A stretch of 64,000 nucleotides of DNA from Methanobacteriota archaeon (GCA_963769885.1 CAVYNH010000005.1:119144-183143); one strand, 5' to 3'; positions 9,775 to 20,117 are shown, counted from the stretch's first letter. Notes: generated from the sequence alone by a model not told the origin. Program-made: numbers and translations.

Positions 9775-11322
9775 ATGGCGGAAGAAAAGAAAAGTCGACT
9801 CTATCTGCTAAAACCACTCGTTGAACGCTGGCCAGCGGTCTCCAAACCCGAAGTCCACGTCAACTTCCGGACAAAAATCCTCTGGACTATCCTCTGTCTA
9901 ATCCTGTTCTTCATACTCACCAACATCATGATCTACGGAGTGAGCGGCACCGTCCTGGACATGTTCGCAAGCTACCGCGCCATCATGTCAGGGGCATCCG
10001 GTTCTATCATGCACCTAGGGATAGGACCCATCGTCACTGCCTCCATTATCCTGCAGCTGTTCGTCGGTGCTAAGATTATTAAGCTTGACCTTACCAAGCA
10101 AGAGGACAAGTCCATCTACCAGGGCACCCAGAAAGTCCTGGTCATCGTCATGATCTTCGTCGAGGCCATCCCACAGGTCTACGGCTACCTGACGCCGAGC
10201 GACGGCCTCATTGGCCTCGTCGGCGGACGAGGCATGGCAGACCTTATCATCATCCTCCAGCTCTTCCTCGGCGCGTACCTCGTCTTCCTTATGGATGAGC
10301 TCATCTCCAAGTGGGGCATCGGCTCTGGAATCTCCCTGTTCATCGCCGCAGGGGTCTCCCAGCAGATTTTCACCGGCGTCTTCAACTGGCTGCCAGCCTA
10401 CGCCACCCAACCAATGAGCCTCTCCAACCCGCCAGCAGGGACCATCCCGGGGACGTACTACATCGCCTCACACATGAGTCTAGGAGATATGGTCGACGGC
10501 GGCTTCCAACTTATCTTCATCGGTCACGGCGGATTCGCCAATGCCATCGTACCGTTGATGGGGACGATCGCGATCTTCTTCATCGTCAGCTATACGGAGT
10601 CCTCGCGCATTGAGCTGCCACTCGCGCACGCCACGGTCCGTGGCGCTCGTGGCCGTTACCCGATACGCCTGATCTACTCCTCCAACATCCCCGTCATCCT
10701 GATGTCGGCTTTGCTTGCAAACGTCAACATGTTCGCCTTGCTGTTTTATACGCATCCGGCGCTTAGTAATCTGCCGCTGTTGGGGAAGCAATGGTGGATA
10801 GGAATCTACGATACCTCGTCAGGATCCACGATGCCCATCGGAGGAGGAGCGTGGTATCTGTCAAGCCTCAATGGCGTCAACACCTGGCTGATGCCGATCC
10901 TTTCCGGAGGGTCGGGTGGTCATGCGCCATGGCAGTTCGCCGCGAAGGCGCTCATCTACATCACCATCATGATCGCCGGCTCCGTCCTGTTCGCCAAGTT
11001 CTGGATCGAGACGACGGACATGGGACCGCAAGCGGTCGCCAAGCAGATCCAGGGCTCCGGGATGGTCATGCCCGGGTTCCGTCGAGACCCCAGGGTCTTG
11101 TCCCGGGTCCTTGAGCGGTACATCCCTGTCGTCACCGTCATCGGAGGTGCAGCGGTCGGTGCGCTGGCCGCGGCCGCGGATGCGGTCGGCACCGTCGGCA
11201 ACGCCAGCGGGACTGGCGTGCTGCTGACGGCAGGCATCATGATTCAGCTCTACGAACAGATCGCCAAGGAGCAGGCTATGGAGATGCATCCGATCTTGCG
11301 TAGCTTCTTCGGCGCTGAGTGA
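9775..11322 (+). CDS. secY: preprotein translocase subunit SecY
   Basis: LGIGPIVTASII.QL, KWGIGSGISLFIAA, SNIPVIL, PGFRRD, GTGVLL. Confidence 0.98.
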   Translation: MAEEKKSRLYLLKPLVERWPAVSKPEVHVNFRTKILWTILCLILFFILTNIMIYGVSGTVLDMFASYRAIMSGASGSIMHLGIGPIVTASIILQLFVGAKIIKLDLTKQEDKSIYQGTQKVLVIVMIFVEAIPQVYGYLTPSDGLIGLVGGRGMADLIIILQLFLGAYLVFLMDELISKWGIGSGISLFIAAGVSQQIFTGVFNWLPAYATQPMSLSNPPAGTIPGTYYIASHMSLGDMVDGGFQLIFIGHGGFANAIVPLMGTIAIFFIVSYTESSRIELPLAHATVRGARGRYPIRLIYSSNIPVILMSALLANVNMFALLFYTHPALSNLPLLGKQWWIGIYDTSSGSTMPIGGGAWYLSSLNGVNTWLMPILSGGSGGHAPWQFAAKALIYITIMIAGSVLFAKFWIETTDMGPQAVAKQIQGSGMVMPGFRRDPRVLSRVLERYIPVVTVIGGAAVGALAAAADAVGTVGNASGTGVLLTAGIMIQLYEQIAKEQAMEMHPILRSFFGAE

Positions 11323-11337
11323 CGAGGTGAGCCAGAA

Positions 11338-11886
11338 TTGGGCGTTATCGTCGTCACCGGCATCCCCGGCGTGGGGAAGACCACGGTCATGAAGCAAGCG
11401 GCCAAAGGCATGGACATCAAGTTCGTGACCTTCGGCACCGTCATGAGCGAGATCGCGCTGGCGCAGAAGCTCGTCAATAACCGCGACGAGATGCGCAAAC
11501 TCACCTTGGCACAGCAGCGTGACCTCCAAATCAAGGCCGCGAAGGAGATCAGCCTGATGGGCAATGTAATCGTGGACACTCATTGTACTATTAAGACGCC
11601 GCAGGGCTACATGCCGGGTCTCCCAGAATGGGTCCTCCGGGAGCTGAAACCGATGTCGATCGTGGTTGTGGAGGCTGACCCCGAGGAGATTCATGGGCGG
11701 CGCGCCCGTGACACCACGCGTAGCCGTGACCCGGACACCAAGGAGCAGATTACAGAGCATCAGTTCGTGAACCGGGCGGTGGCTATGGCGTATGCGGCTT
11801 TGACCGGGGCGACGGTCAAAATCGTGTATAATCATGATAACGGATTGGATGAGGCCGTGAAGCAGGCAGAACCGGTGATCCGATGA
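11338..11886 (+). CDS. adkA: archaeal adenylate kinase
   Basis: GIPGVGKTT, RDEMRKL, DTH, GY.PGLP; directly follows secY. Confidence 0.95.
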   Translation: MGVIVVTGIPGVGKTTVMKQAAKGMDIKFVTFGTVMSEIALAQKLVNNRDEMRKLTLAQQRDLQIKAAKEISLMGNVIVDTHCTIKTPQGYMPGLPEWVLRELKPMSIVVVEADPEEIHGRRARDTTRSRDPDTKEQITEHQFVNRAVAMAYAALTGATVKIVYNHDNGLDEAVKQAEPVIR

Positions 11887-12542
11887 GAAAGATGAATTCA
11901 CAGGGGCAGCAGGCCGGGCAGATGCTGCTTATCATGCTGTTGTTGTTCATATTCATGTTTGTCTTCTGGAGCGCGAGTGTCCGTAACTTCGTCGCCAGTG
12001 GCCTGAATACCGGGCTTGCGCCGCTCATTGGGTTTGGCGGACATAACCCGTTGATGACTATTCTGCTTGCGGGCGTCATCATGGTCTTTCTGTCGTCGCT
12101 GTTGACGCATGTCTTCACGGACTGGAAGGCGATGGGGAAGGCGCAGGAGGTCCAGCGGGCGTTCCAGAAAGAGATGAACAAGGCACGTCGCGAGGGCAAC
12201 ACGAACCGGATGCAGAAGCTGATGAAGATGCAGCCGGAGATAATGAAGATGACGACGTCCGCCTCCGGCGGGACCATGAAGGCGATGGTCTTCCTTTTCC
12301 TGTTCATTGCCCCTATCTTCATCTGGCTGAGCTTTTTCCTTGGCAGTGTGTCGTACCAATATTTCACGACGCCGTGGGCTATTCATGTGTCGTTGTTTGA
12401 TAGGACGGTCGTTATCTCGAACTGGTTCCTCCTGTATCTGGTCTTCTCGTTCCTGGTAAGTTACTTGATCCGTCAGGTGTTGAAGTGGGTGAGCTGGTCG
12501 CAGTGGTGGATGAACCTGCGGCATCCCGTGAAATCCGGATAA
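11883..12542 (+). CDS. DUF106/EMC3-TMCO1 (Oxa1-superfamily) membrane insertase
   Basis: TM, coiled coil, TM, TM layout; W..LY...S motif; conserved position between adk and cmk. Confidence 0.85.
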   Translation: MRKMNSQGQQAGQMLLIMLLLFIFMFVFWSASVRNFVASGLNTGLAPLIGFGGHNPLMTILLAGVIMVFLSSLLTHVFTDWKAMGKAQEVQRAFQKEMNKARREGNTNRMQKLMKMQPEIMKMTTSASGGTMKAMVFLFLFIAPIFIWLSFFLGSVSYQYFTTPWAIHVSLFDRTVVISNWFLLYLVFSFLVSYLIRQVLKWVSWSQWWMNLRHPVKSG

Positions 12543-12571
12543 ATGGTTTTCCGAAAAAGTCGTGAAGCGGC

Positions 12572-13109
12572 ATGACGGTCGTCACCATCAGTGGTCTTCC
12601 GGGTACGGGGAAGACGACGGTTGCCAGGTTACTGCAGAAGAGGCTTCATCTGAAGTACGTGTATGCTGGCAAGATTTTCCGTGAACTCGCCGAGAAGCAT
12701 GGGATGACGCTGGAGCAGTTCGGGGCGCATTGCGAGGAGCATCCGGAGGTCGACCGGGAGTTGGACGACCATCAAGTCAAGTTGTTGAAGCAGGGCAACA
12801 TCCTTTTAGAGGGGCGTATCGCGGGATGGCTGGCGGTGAGAAACCACGTGCCGGCTATGAAGATCTGGCTGAGCGCTGATCCCACAGTCAGGACCGCGCG
12901 GATTGTGAAACGGGAAAGCGGGGACCTGGAAAAACGACGCCAGGAGATCGAGGAGCGGGAGCGCTGCGAGGCGGCACGATACAAAAAGGTACTATGGTAT
13001 CGAGGTGAATGATACGTCGATCTATGATGTGATCGTGGATACTTCAGTGCTGACGCCGGAGCAGATCGTCGACCAAATCTGCGCGTTTATCTCGAAGGAA
13101 TCGACCTAA
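12572..13109 (+). CDS. cmk: cytidylate kinase (apparent +1 frameshift at ~12983-12989)
   Basis: ISGLPGTGKTT, EGRIAGW. Removing one base restores the conserved tail YYGIEVNDTSIYDVIVDTSVLTPEQIVDQI...* ending at 13109. Confidence 0.9.
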
Positions 13110-13167
13110 GTCTTGGTTTTTGCTCATATGCCTACGTTTTTATAAGTGTACTGTTTGAGGGGAGAGG

Positions 13168-14160
13168 ATGACAGAGCATCGGTTGCCGTCGCAGCGCGAA
13201 CGCAAGCGACTCATCAAGGTCATGGCGAAGACCAACCCGCATTACGGGAAGCGGCCTGAGGAACGTAGCGTCCGCGAGTTATTCTCCAACGGATGCATTA
13301 TTCTTGATAAGCCGTGCGGGCCGACATCGCATCAGGTCGACGCCTGGGTCCGGGAGATCCTGCACGTGGACGTGGTCGGGCATCATGGGACGCTGGACCC
13401 CGCGGCTACGGGGGTGCTGCCGATCGCGGTCGGGGACGCGTCCCGCGCCTTGCAGGTCCTGCTCCTCGCCGGCAAAGAGTATGTGGCGTTGATGCGGCTG
13501 CATAAACAGGCTGATTCGGCGCTGATCCGCAAGACCATGGAAGGGTTCGTCGGGGAGGTGACACAGATGCCGCCGGTGCGCTCCGCGGTGAAGCGGGTGA
13601 AGCGGAAACGGCGAATCTATTACCTTGATGTGCAGGAGACACTCAACACCGAGGTCTTATTTACGGTCGGCTGTGAAGCCGGCACCTATATCCGGACGTT
13701 GTGCGTGGACATCGGGCGTTCGCTGGGGATCGGGGCGCAGCTGATGGAATTGCGGCGCACCAAGGTCGGGCATCTCACGGAGGAGTCGACGGTCACGTTG
13801 CAGGAGGTGAAGGACGCGTACGTATTCTGGAGTGAGGAGAAGGATGAGGCGAGAATCCGTGCGGTCCTGAAACCGATGGAGATCCTCTTGGGGAGTGCGC
13901 CGAAGGTGGTGGTGCGGGATTCCGCGGTGGATGCTCTGTGCCATGGGGCGAGCCTGGCGGTGCCTGGCGTCGTCGAGGTGGATTCGGAGATCAAGAAGGG
14001 GGATGTCGCGGCGGCGATGACGTTGAAGGGCGAGGGGATCGCGCTCGTATCGATGCAGATGTCGACCGAGGAGGTCCTGCAGAAGGACCAGGGCATCGCA
14101 GCGAGCCTTGAGCGGGTGCTGATGAATAAGGGGACGTACCCCTCCGTCTGGAAAAAATAA
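13168..14160 (+). CDS. cbf5: H/ACA RNA-guided pseudouridine synthase Cbf5 with PUA domain
   Basis: DKP.GPTSHQV, GTLDP, Q.PP.RSAVKR, GTYIRTLC, C-terminal PUA domain. Confidence 0.96.
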   Translation: MTEHRLPSQRERKRLIKVMAKTNPHYGKRPEERSVRELFSNGCIILDKPCGPTSHQVDAWVREILHVDVVGHHGTLDPAATGVLPIAVGDASRALQVLLLAGKEYVALMRLHKQADSALIRKTMEGFVGEVTQMPPVRSAVKRVKRKRRIYYLDVQETLNTEVLFTVGCEAGTYIRTLCVDIGRSLGIGAQLMELRRTKVGHLTEESTVTLQEVKDAYVFWSEEKDEARIRAVLKPMEILLGSAPKVVVRDSAVDALCHGASLAVPGVVEVDSEIKKGDVAAAMTLKGEGIALVSMQMSTEEVLQKDQGIAASLERVLMNKGTYPSVWKK

Positions 14161-14229
14161 GAGAGACGCGAGGCCCTTCTCATCCGTGACATCGTTTTGT
14201 TAGAAACAGTTCAGCGTTTTTTGAATTGG

Positions 14230-14280
14230 GAGCGGGTGCTCGCGGACCGGGGCTGCTATCCGTCCGTATGGCAAAAATAG
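14230..14280 (+). pseudogene. relic second copy of the cbf5 3' end
   Basis: Encodes ERVLADRGCYPSVWQK* versus ERVLMNKGTYPSVWKK* at 14110-14160. Confidence 0.7.
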
Positions 14281-14315
14281 ATAAGAAGGAGATGGGTACA
14301 ACCCTCTGGTTTTTT

Positions 14316-14401
14316 GCCGAGGTGGCTCAGACCGGTACGGCGCGAGCCTGGAGAGCTCGTGGGGCTTGTTCCTCGCGGGAGTTCAAATCTCCCCCTCGGC
14401 G
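14316..14401 (+). tRNA. tRNA-Ser(GGA)
   Basis: GCCGAGG...CGAGC-CTGGAGA-GCTCG, long variable arm, GTTCAAATC, CCTCGGCG. Confidence 0.96.
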
Positions 14402-14472
14402 TCACCCCTTCTCACCCCGAATAGCTTCTCTCAACCCTGCCTTTAAAAACACCTAGAAAATACTACTCGAGC

Positions 14473-14994
14473 ATGGGCACTATCCAAGACCTCCTCCAAT
14501 CCAAACAAAAACCCAAGGAAAAAACACTACGCATCACCCAGACGATCATCGAAGACCCAAGACTTATCAATGACCTCTTCACCGCCCTTGCAACAGGCAC
14601 TGACCCGCAGAAAGGGACCTGCACTGACGTCATCAAAGAACTCTCAAAGACCGACCCAGATCTACTACTACCCTACCTCGACACCCTCATCCACTACGTC
14701 ACCTACCGCGCCCCTCACGTGACCTGGGGCGTTCAGGAAGCAATAGGAAACCTGGCGCAACACCACCCCGCAGCCGTCGCCGCCCTCCCCCAACTCCTCA
14801 AGAACACCACCCATCCAAGCACCGTGGTCCGCTGGTGTGCCGCCTATGCCATCACCAACATCGCCCTCCACAATCCAACGAAAAAGGACGAGTTAATTCC
14901 GATACTTAAACGGCTGAGCACCAAGGAGACGAACAATGGGGTCAAAAAGGTGTACCTCAAGGCGTTTAAAAACCTCAGCCAGACCATAACGTAA
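14473..14994 (+). CDS. HEAT-repeat protein
   Basis: Helical repeats V.WGVQEAIGNLA and VRWCAAYAITNIA. Confidence 0.7.
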   Translation: MGTIQDLLQSKQKPKEKTLRITQTIIEDPRLINDLFTALATGTDPQKGTCTDVIKELSKTDPDLLLPYLDTLIHYVTYRAPHVTWGVQEAIGNLAQHHPAAVAALPQLLKNTTHPSTVVRWCAAYAITNIALHNPTKKDELIPILKRLSTKETNNGVKKVYLKAFKNLSQTIT

Positions 14995-15075
14995 GATTAC
15001 CACGGTTTTCATTTGCCTATAGACACTAATTATCTTTTTATACAAATAACAAGATTCAAGAATGAGAGGTGATGT

Positions 15076-15372
15076 GTGATGAAGATGGGAATTGAACAGA
15101 CGAACACTATACCGAGAGAAAAAAAGGCAGAGGCTCCTGGGCCCAGCGCTCCCAATAACGGGTTGAAGATCGATACTACGGTGTTCTGTCTGGATACCGG
15201 CTCCGCAAAATACCTATTTACCTCGGAGGATGCCGCCATCGAGTACCTCAAGAAACTCGATAAAAAAGACATCAATCCGGATAATTCACAGATCGCGCAG
15301 GTGCTGGCCACCGGGAACGCCTGGAAGCTGACCCCAGTCCCCTGGTCGCGCATCGCGATCAAACTGCTGTGA
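15076..15372 (+). CDS. hypothetical protein
   Basis: GAGGTGA RBS just upstream; 98-aa ORF. Confidence 0.6.
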   Translation: MMKMGIEQTNTIPREKKAEAPGPSAPNNGLKIDTTVFCLDTGSAKYLFTSEDAAIEYLKKLDKKDINPDNSQIAQVLATGNAWKLTPVPWSRIAIKLL

Positions 15373-15628
15373 AAAAAAATACAGAAATCCACGGGAGCCG
15401 TTCGACGGCAGCCTTGATCTCGGAGCGCTTGGAGTACTATTTATCGGGTTCGCAGTACTAATAAGTCGTGATTCTTCTCCTTAAACTCTGCCTACGAAGA
15501 TGATCCTGTGGCCGCTTTATTGAACGGTTACTGCAATACCTGCTGTTTTACTTAATTTGCACGATTGTTTTTTAAAAATAAATAACAATATAATGATTGC
15601 ATAGCGGGTTAAAAGACGAGCGCATGCC

Positions 15629-16996
15629 TTAAAGGAGGAATTCGATTGCGAGGACGCCGAGGCTGACAAGAAGTGCAAGCGGCGTGACCAAAAGACCATA
15701 CTTAACGAACTCCTTGAACGAGACGCGGACGCCCTTGTCTCGGAGGAGGCTTACCCACATGATCCCCGCTAGCGCACCGATGGGCGTCAGGCAAGCTCCA
15801 AGATTGGAACCAATAACGGTCGCATAGATTGCGGGGAACTGCATACTGGCGCTAGCGGATTGGATGATAGGAGCGAAAGCGACCGTCGCCGGGATATTGT
15901 TGACGACGCTAGATATGAATGCCGAGGCGAAGCCATATAGGAGGATACAGACGGGGGTAGATTGCTGAATGAGGCTGTCGAAAAACCCACCAATCAAAGT
16001 AGTAACGGCAAAGGACCGGAGGGCTTCAACAGTGATGAACATTGCTAATACAAAGGGAATAATCTCAAAGGGCATCCGTTTCATAGTGCGCCATGTCACA
16101 AGGAGGTTGGGGGAGGTCCGACGCAGGCTGATGAGGTCTCGAATAACAAGGAGGAGGAAGAGTGCGGCGCCAAAGATGAAAGCGACGAACCACATCTCGA
16201 GATGGAGGTTCGGGGCGATAGAAAGACCGAAAATACATCCGAACAGGGTGCTGACGCCGATGATAGCACCAGGTTTATCGGTGATGGCTTCCGAAGGTAG
16301 TCGATTATCGTGGTAGATGATTGATATGGTGATCCGCTTGCGGAAAAGTAGGTAGAGAAGTGTAAGATTGATAATACCGGCGGCGAGGGTGGGGAGAACC
16401 ATCCAGCGAAAGTAGGTGAGGAAGTTGAGGTTGAAGGCGGAGGCGAGGACGATGTTGGTGGGATTGCCAACGTAGAGCATGATACTCCAAGTGTTAGCAG
16501 CGAAGAATTCGGCGAAGAGGTATGGGATGGGGTCAATGCCGGTATGTTTAGCGAAGTAGTAGATGAAGGGGGTGATTGTGAGGATGATAACGTCGTTGGA
16601 GGCGAAGATGGTGAGGATGCTGATGACGGCGTAGAAGGCGAGGAAGAGACGACTGCCGCGGCTGTCGGTAATCCGGAGGGCGAGGCGGGCGCAGTATTCG
16701 AAGAAGCCGGTGGTGTCCAGGTAGATGCTCATGAACACCATGGAGAGGAATAGGATGAGGATGCCGAAGGGGTTTAGTCCGCCGGTGCCTCGCAGTCCCT
16801 GAAGGATCTGCTCTGGGGTGAGGAGCCCGAGGCCGGCGATGAGTACGGGGGCGATGAGGGCGCCGAGGAAATACGAGTCAAGATGAAAGGTCCGAGTGCC
16901 AATCCGTAGGGAGAAGGATGATTTGCGGAGGATGAGGAATAGCATGGCTGCTATCGAGAGGAGAAAGATGAGGGTGACCAGGAATGCTCCATCCAC
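15629..16996 (-). CDS. ArsB/NhaD (IT superfamily) anion transporter
   Basis: Many TM segments; SNDVIIL, GNPTNI, NNIPAT, GSNLGA..TPIGALA. Confidence 0.85.
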   Translation of the reverse strand: MDGAFLVTLIFLLSIAAMLFLILRKSSFSLRIGTRTFHLDSYFLGALIAPVLIAGLGLLTPEQILQGLRGTGGLNPFGILILFLSMVFMSIYLDTTGFFEYCARLALRITDSRGSRLFLAFYAVISILTIFASNDVIILTITPFIYYFAKHTGIDPIPYLFAEFFAANTWSIMLYVGNPTNIVLASAFNLNFLTYFRWMVLPTLAAGIINLTLLYLLFRKRITISIIYHDNRLPSEAITDKPGAIIGVSTLFGCIFGLSIAPNLHLEMWFVAFIFGAALFLLLVIRDLISLRRTSPNLLVTWRTMKRMPFEIIPFVLAMFITVEALRSFAVTTLIGGFFDSLIQQSTPVCILLYGFASAFISSVVNNIPATVAFAPIIQSASASMQFPAIYATVIGSNLGACLTPIGALAGIMWVSLLRDKGVRVSFKEFVKYGLLVTPLALLVSLGVLAIEFLL

Positions 16997-17040
16997 GCTG
17001 CCTCGTAATTGGAGGGCTGGGTAAGAAGTTTGTTATGTGC

Positions 17041-17898
17041 TTAGATGTCGCGGCGGCGGAAGAACAGGTAGGCGAGGAGGAGTGGAATGGAGATCCAGAG
17101 GAACATGAAGAATAGCAGGAGGGGGGCGGAGAGGAAGTCTGGGAGCGGCATGGTGAAGCCGAAGGCTTGCTCGACGTTGAAGGCCTTCATGACCGTGGTC
17201 TGGTACAAATCAGAGGGACTTACAGCGAGTGACCACCACATCCAATCGGGTACCGAGATATTGCCGCCCTGCATGATCTGTGTAGGTGAGATGTTGGTGG
17301 TCGCAAGGTAAACAGCGAAGGTGATCATGCCGTAGATTGGTGACCAGAGGAACATGAAGATGCCGCTGCCGATGGCGGTGACGCGCCGTTTCAGCAAGGC
17401 TGAGAAGAAGATCATCGGGCCGAGGTACATGAGGCCGAAAAGGATAGTGAGGCCGATGAAGGCAAGGAATCCGAGAATCTGAGATGCGCCTGCACTAAAG
17501 GCAATCACGATGCCTCCAACCCCGAAGCCGACGAGCGCGGTGAAGGCAAGGATTCCTCCGAGGCCGAGGAATTTTCCGAGGAGTACTTCTGAGCGCCGTA
17601 TGGGGTAGGAGAGAACCAAGGCAAGCGCGCCGCTCTCTGCCTCGCCAGCGATGGTAGCGAAGCCAAGCATGATGGCGATGAGGGGGATGAGGAAAGCGGC
17701 GATGCTTAGGAGGGTCAAGACGGTTTCTTCGGCTCCGCCGAGGGTCTGGTTGTTGAGGGAGCGCTGTCCGGCGAGGAAGGATGCGACCAGGGTTAGCGCG
17801 ATGAAGACGATGATCAGGATGAGGATCCAGCGGTTCCGGATATGGTCGGTGAATTCTTTTTTTGCGACGGTGTACACGGATCTGGCGTTGAAGTTCAT
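17041..17898 (-). CDS. ABC-2/NosY-type permease
   Basis: AKKEF.D..R, IAGE.ESG.L.L.LSYPI.R.EVLLGKFLG, F.RRDI. Confidence 0.88.
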   Translation of the reverse strand: MNFNARSVYTVAKKEFTDHIRNRWILILIIVFIALTLVASFLAGQRSLNNQTLGGAEETVLTLLSIAAFLIPLIAIMLGFATIAGEAESGALALVLSYPIRRSEVLLGKFLGLGGILAFTALVGFGVGGIVIAFSAGASQILGFLAFIGLTILFGLMYLGPMIFFSALLKRRVTAIGSGIFMFLWSPIYGMITFAVYLATTNISPTQIMQGGNISVPDWMWWSLAVSPSDLYQTTVMKAFNVEQAFGFTMPLPDFLSAPLLLFFMFLWISIPLLLAYLFFRRRDI

Positions 17899-18953
17899 TG
17901 GGCGCTGCCTCCGACGAGTTTGATGAAGGCGTCTTCAAGCGACGGCTCGATGGTCTTGATGTTGCCAACGGCGAAGCCTGCTTCTTCGAGCAGGGTGATG
18001 ATTTTGCCGCGAAGGGCGGGGTCGCAGGTGAGAGTGATAACGTCGCCTTTGACGAGGAGGTTGCTGATGCCGTGTATGCCTTGCAGGACTTTGGGCGTCT
18101 TTCCCTGGAGACCCGGGATGGTGATTTCGAGGCGTGGCTTGGTCTGGACGACACTTTGTATCTTTTGTAGGCTGTCTTGGGCGATGAGGTGACCTTTGTC
18201 GATGATGGCGACGCGGTCGCAGAGGCTTTCGACTTCGCTGAGGATGTGGGAGGAGAAGATGACGGTAGCGCCGTTATCGTTGAGGTGCCTGATTTTGTCT
18301 CTGACGACTCTGGTCCAGCGGGGGTCAAGCCCCGAGCTGGGTTCGTCGAAGATGCAGATGGAGGGATGTCCGATGATGGCTTGGGCGATGCCGAGGAGTT
18401 GGATCATTCCTTTGGAGAAGCCGCCGACTTTGCGGTCGCTGGCCTGGTCGAGCCCGACTTCCTTGAGGATTCCGGGGATCTGTACGGGGTCTTCTCCGCG
18501 GAGTTCACAGAAGAACCGCAGGGTCTGTGTCGGAGTGAGGTTGTCGTAGAGTGCAACGCGCTCGGGGAGGTAGGCGATCTGTTTTTTTGCTTGGATGCCG
18601 TCGTGGTAGATGTTGTGGCCGTTAATCGTGATAGTCCCGCCGTCGGTGCGAATCAATCCGAGGATTGCCTTGAGTAACGTGGTTTTTCCTGCGCCGTTGG
18701 GTCCGAGGAAGCCAAAGATTTCACCGGGTCTGACAGAGAAGGAGACGTCGTCAACCGCGGTGGTATCCTTGTAGCGTTTGGTCACATGGGAGACGGTGAT
18801 GACCGCGTTCACTGGGCTTGAAGGCGGGCTAGGAAAGGTGAACTGTCCGGCGGTCTTGCAGGCAGGGCAGGTGACGATGAGCCGTTGTCCCAGGGTGCCC
18901 TGGACCGTGATGCTTGTGCGGCATTTTGGGCAGCGGATTGTCTGGGTGACCAT
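17895..18953 (-). CDS. ABC transporter ATPase with N-terminal zinc ribbon
   Basis: CPKC...CPAC, then GPNGAGKTT, FSKGM, DEP, SSH. Confidence 0.92.
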   Translation of the reverse strand: MVTQTIRCPKCRTSITVQGTLGQRLIVTCPACKTAGQFTFPSPPSSPVNAVITVSHVTKRYKDTTAVDDVSFSVRPGEIFGFLGPNGAGKTTLLKAILGLIRTDGGTITINGHNIYHDGIQAKKQIAYLPERVALYDNLTPTQTLRFFCELRGEDPVQIPGILKEVGLDQASDRKVGGFSKGMIQLLGIAQAIIGHPSICIFDEPSSGLDPRWTRVVRDKIRHLNDNGATVIFSSHILSEVESLCDRVAIIDKGHLIAQDSLQKIQSVVQTKPRLEITIPGLQGKTPKVLQGIHGISNLLVKGDVITLTCDPALRGKIITLLEEAGFAVGNIKTIEPSLEDAFIKLVGGSAQ

Positions 18954-19043
18954 AGGGTGTCTCTCCCTGGCTGGGTCGTGGTATACCGGGTCCTCCTACT
19001 AATAATTTGTCCTGGGCGATTAAAAAGGGAAAGCAGGCAGGGG

Positions 19044-20117
19044 TTATTTCCATTTGGTGAGGATTTCTTCTCTGTTGAAGATGGCTTTGGCGAAGTAGAA
19101 GAGGACAAGGTCGATGCCGAGGTAGACGGCGGTGAAGGCGAGGATGGTGAGGGGCGAGAGGAGGATGAATCCAGAGAGGACGCCGAGCATGAGGACGACG
19201 ACAGGCATGACGATGAATCCGCCGACTTGTTGAGCGGAGCGAACGTCGCTGACCTTGGAGGAGACGATGACGCAGCCGAGGATGCTCATCAGGCAGGCGG
19301 TGGGCGCGAGGATGAGGATAGAGAGGAGCCAGTTGAGGTTGGGGAGGAGGGGGAGGCCGAGCTGGGGGAGGAAGAGGGCATCGAGGAGGATGTTGCCGAG
19401 GCAGAAGGCGAACAGGGTCGAGCCCATAGAGGGGAGGAAGCTGGAGAAGATCTTGCCTGCGAGCAGCTCTCCGTCTGTGATCGGGGTGGCGAGGAGCGGT
19501 TCGAGGCTGCGGTTGTTCTTCTCGCCGACGATGCTATAGGAGGAAATGACGGTGGGCAGGGTGGCGGGGACGATGATGAAGATGATGAGGATGAGGTTGA
19601 GAATCATGGGGAAGATGAGGGTGGTCTCCGAGGGTCTGGTTCTAGTGAAGGTGAGGGCTGCGTGGTCCGTAATGATGTTGCGGCCGGAGAGGTTCGTGCC
19701 CTGGGAGGTGGTGATGATGGTGTTGGTGCAGGTGGTCTGGGATAGGATGCTGAGGGTCACGGTGGTGTTCTCGAGCGTCGAATCGTGGATGTCGCAGGAG
19801 ACGAGGACGCAGTTGATAATGGTCGTATGGGTAAGGCTGGTGTTGGTGATGGTGGTGTTGGCGAGGGCGGTGTTGGTCTGGGTGTGGTTGGTGATGGGGG
19901 CGGTGAAGGTGTCGGGGAGGGCGCCGTGTTCCTGCAGTCCGGTGACGTCCCAGGTGGGGGCGGTGGAGGCGAGGCTGATAAGGGGGTAGAACGTGAAGAG
20001 GGGGAGGATGACGCCGAGGACGATGGGCATGGCGATGATGCTGCCGAGGACGAGTTTTTGGTGGCGGAACTCGGCGAGGTCTTTGCGGGTGAGGGTCCAG
20101 ACGTTGTGCCAGGCCAT
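19044..20117 (-). CDS. ABC-2 permease with pentapeptide-repeat-like extracellular loop
   Basis: KDL.E, SIVGEK...SLEPLLATPI...ELLAGK, F.RE.ILTKWK. Confidence 0.85.
   Translation of the reverse strand: MAWHNVWTLTRKDLAEFRHQKLVLGSIIAMPIVLGVILPLFTFYPLISLASTAPTWDVTGLQEHGALPDTFTAPITNHTQTNTALANTTITNTSLTHTTIINCVLVSCDIHDSTLENTTVTLSILSQTTCTNTIITTSQGTNLSGRNIITDHAALTFTRTRPSETTLIFPMILNLILIIFIIVPATLPTVISSYSIVGEKNNRSLEPLLATPITDGELLAGKIFSSFLPSMGSTLFAFCLGNILLDALFLPQLGLPLLPNLNWLLSILILAPTACLMSILGCVIVSSKVSDVRSAQQVGGFIVMPVVVLMLGVLSGFILLSPLTILAFTAVYLGIDLVLFYFAKAIFNREEILTKWK

Noticed and set aside
14402-17000. Integrated element at tRNA-Ser
   Set aside because: No integrase and no repeat of the tRNA 3' end found by eye
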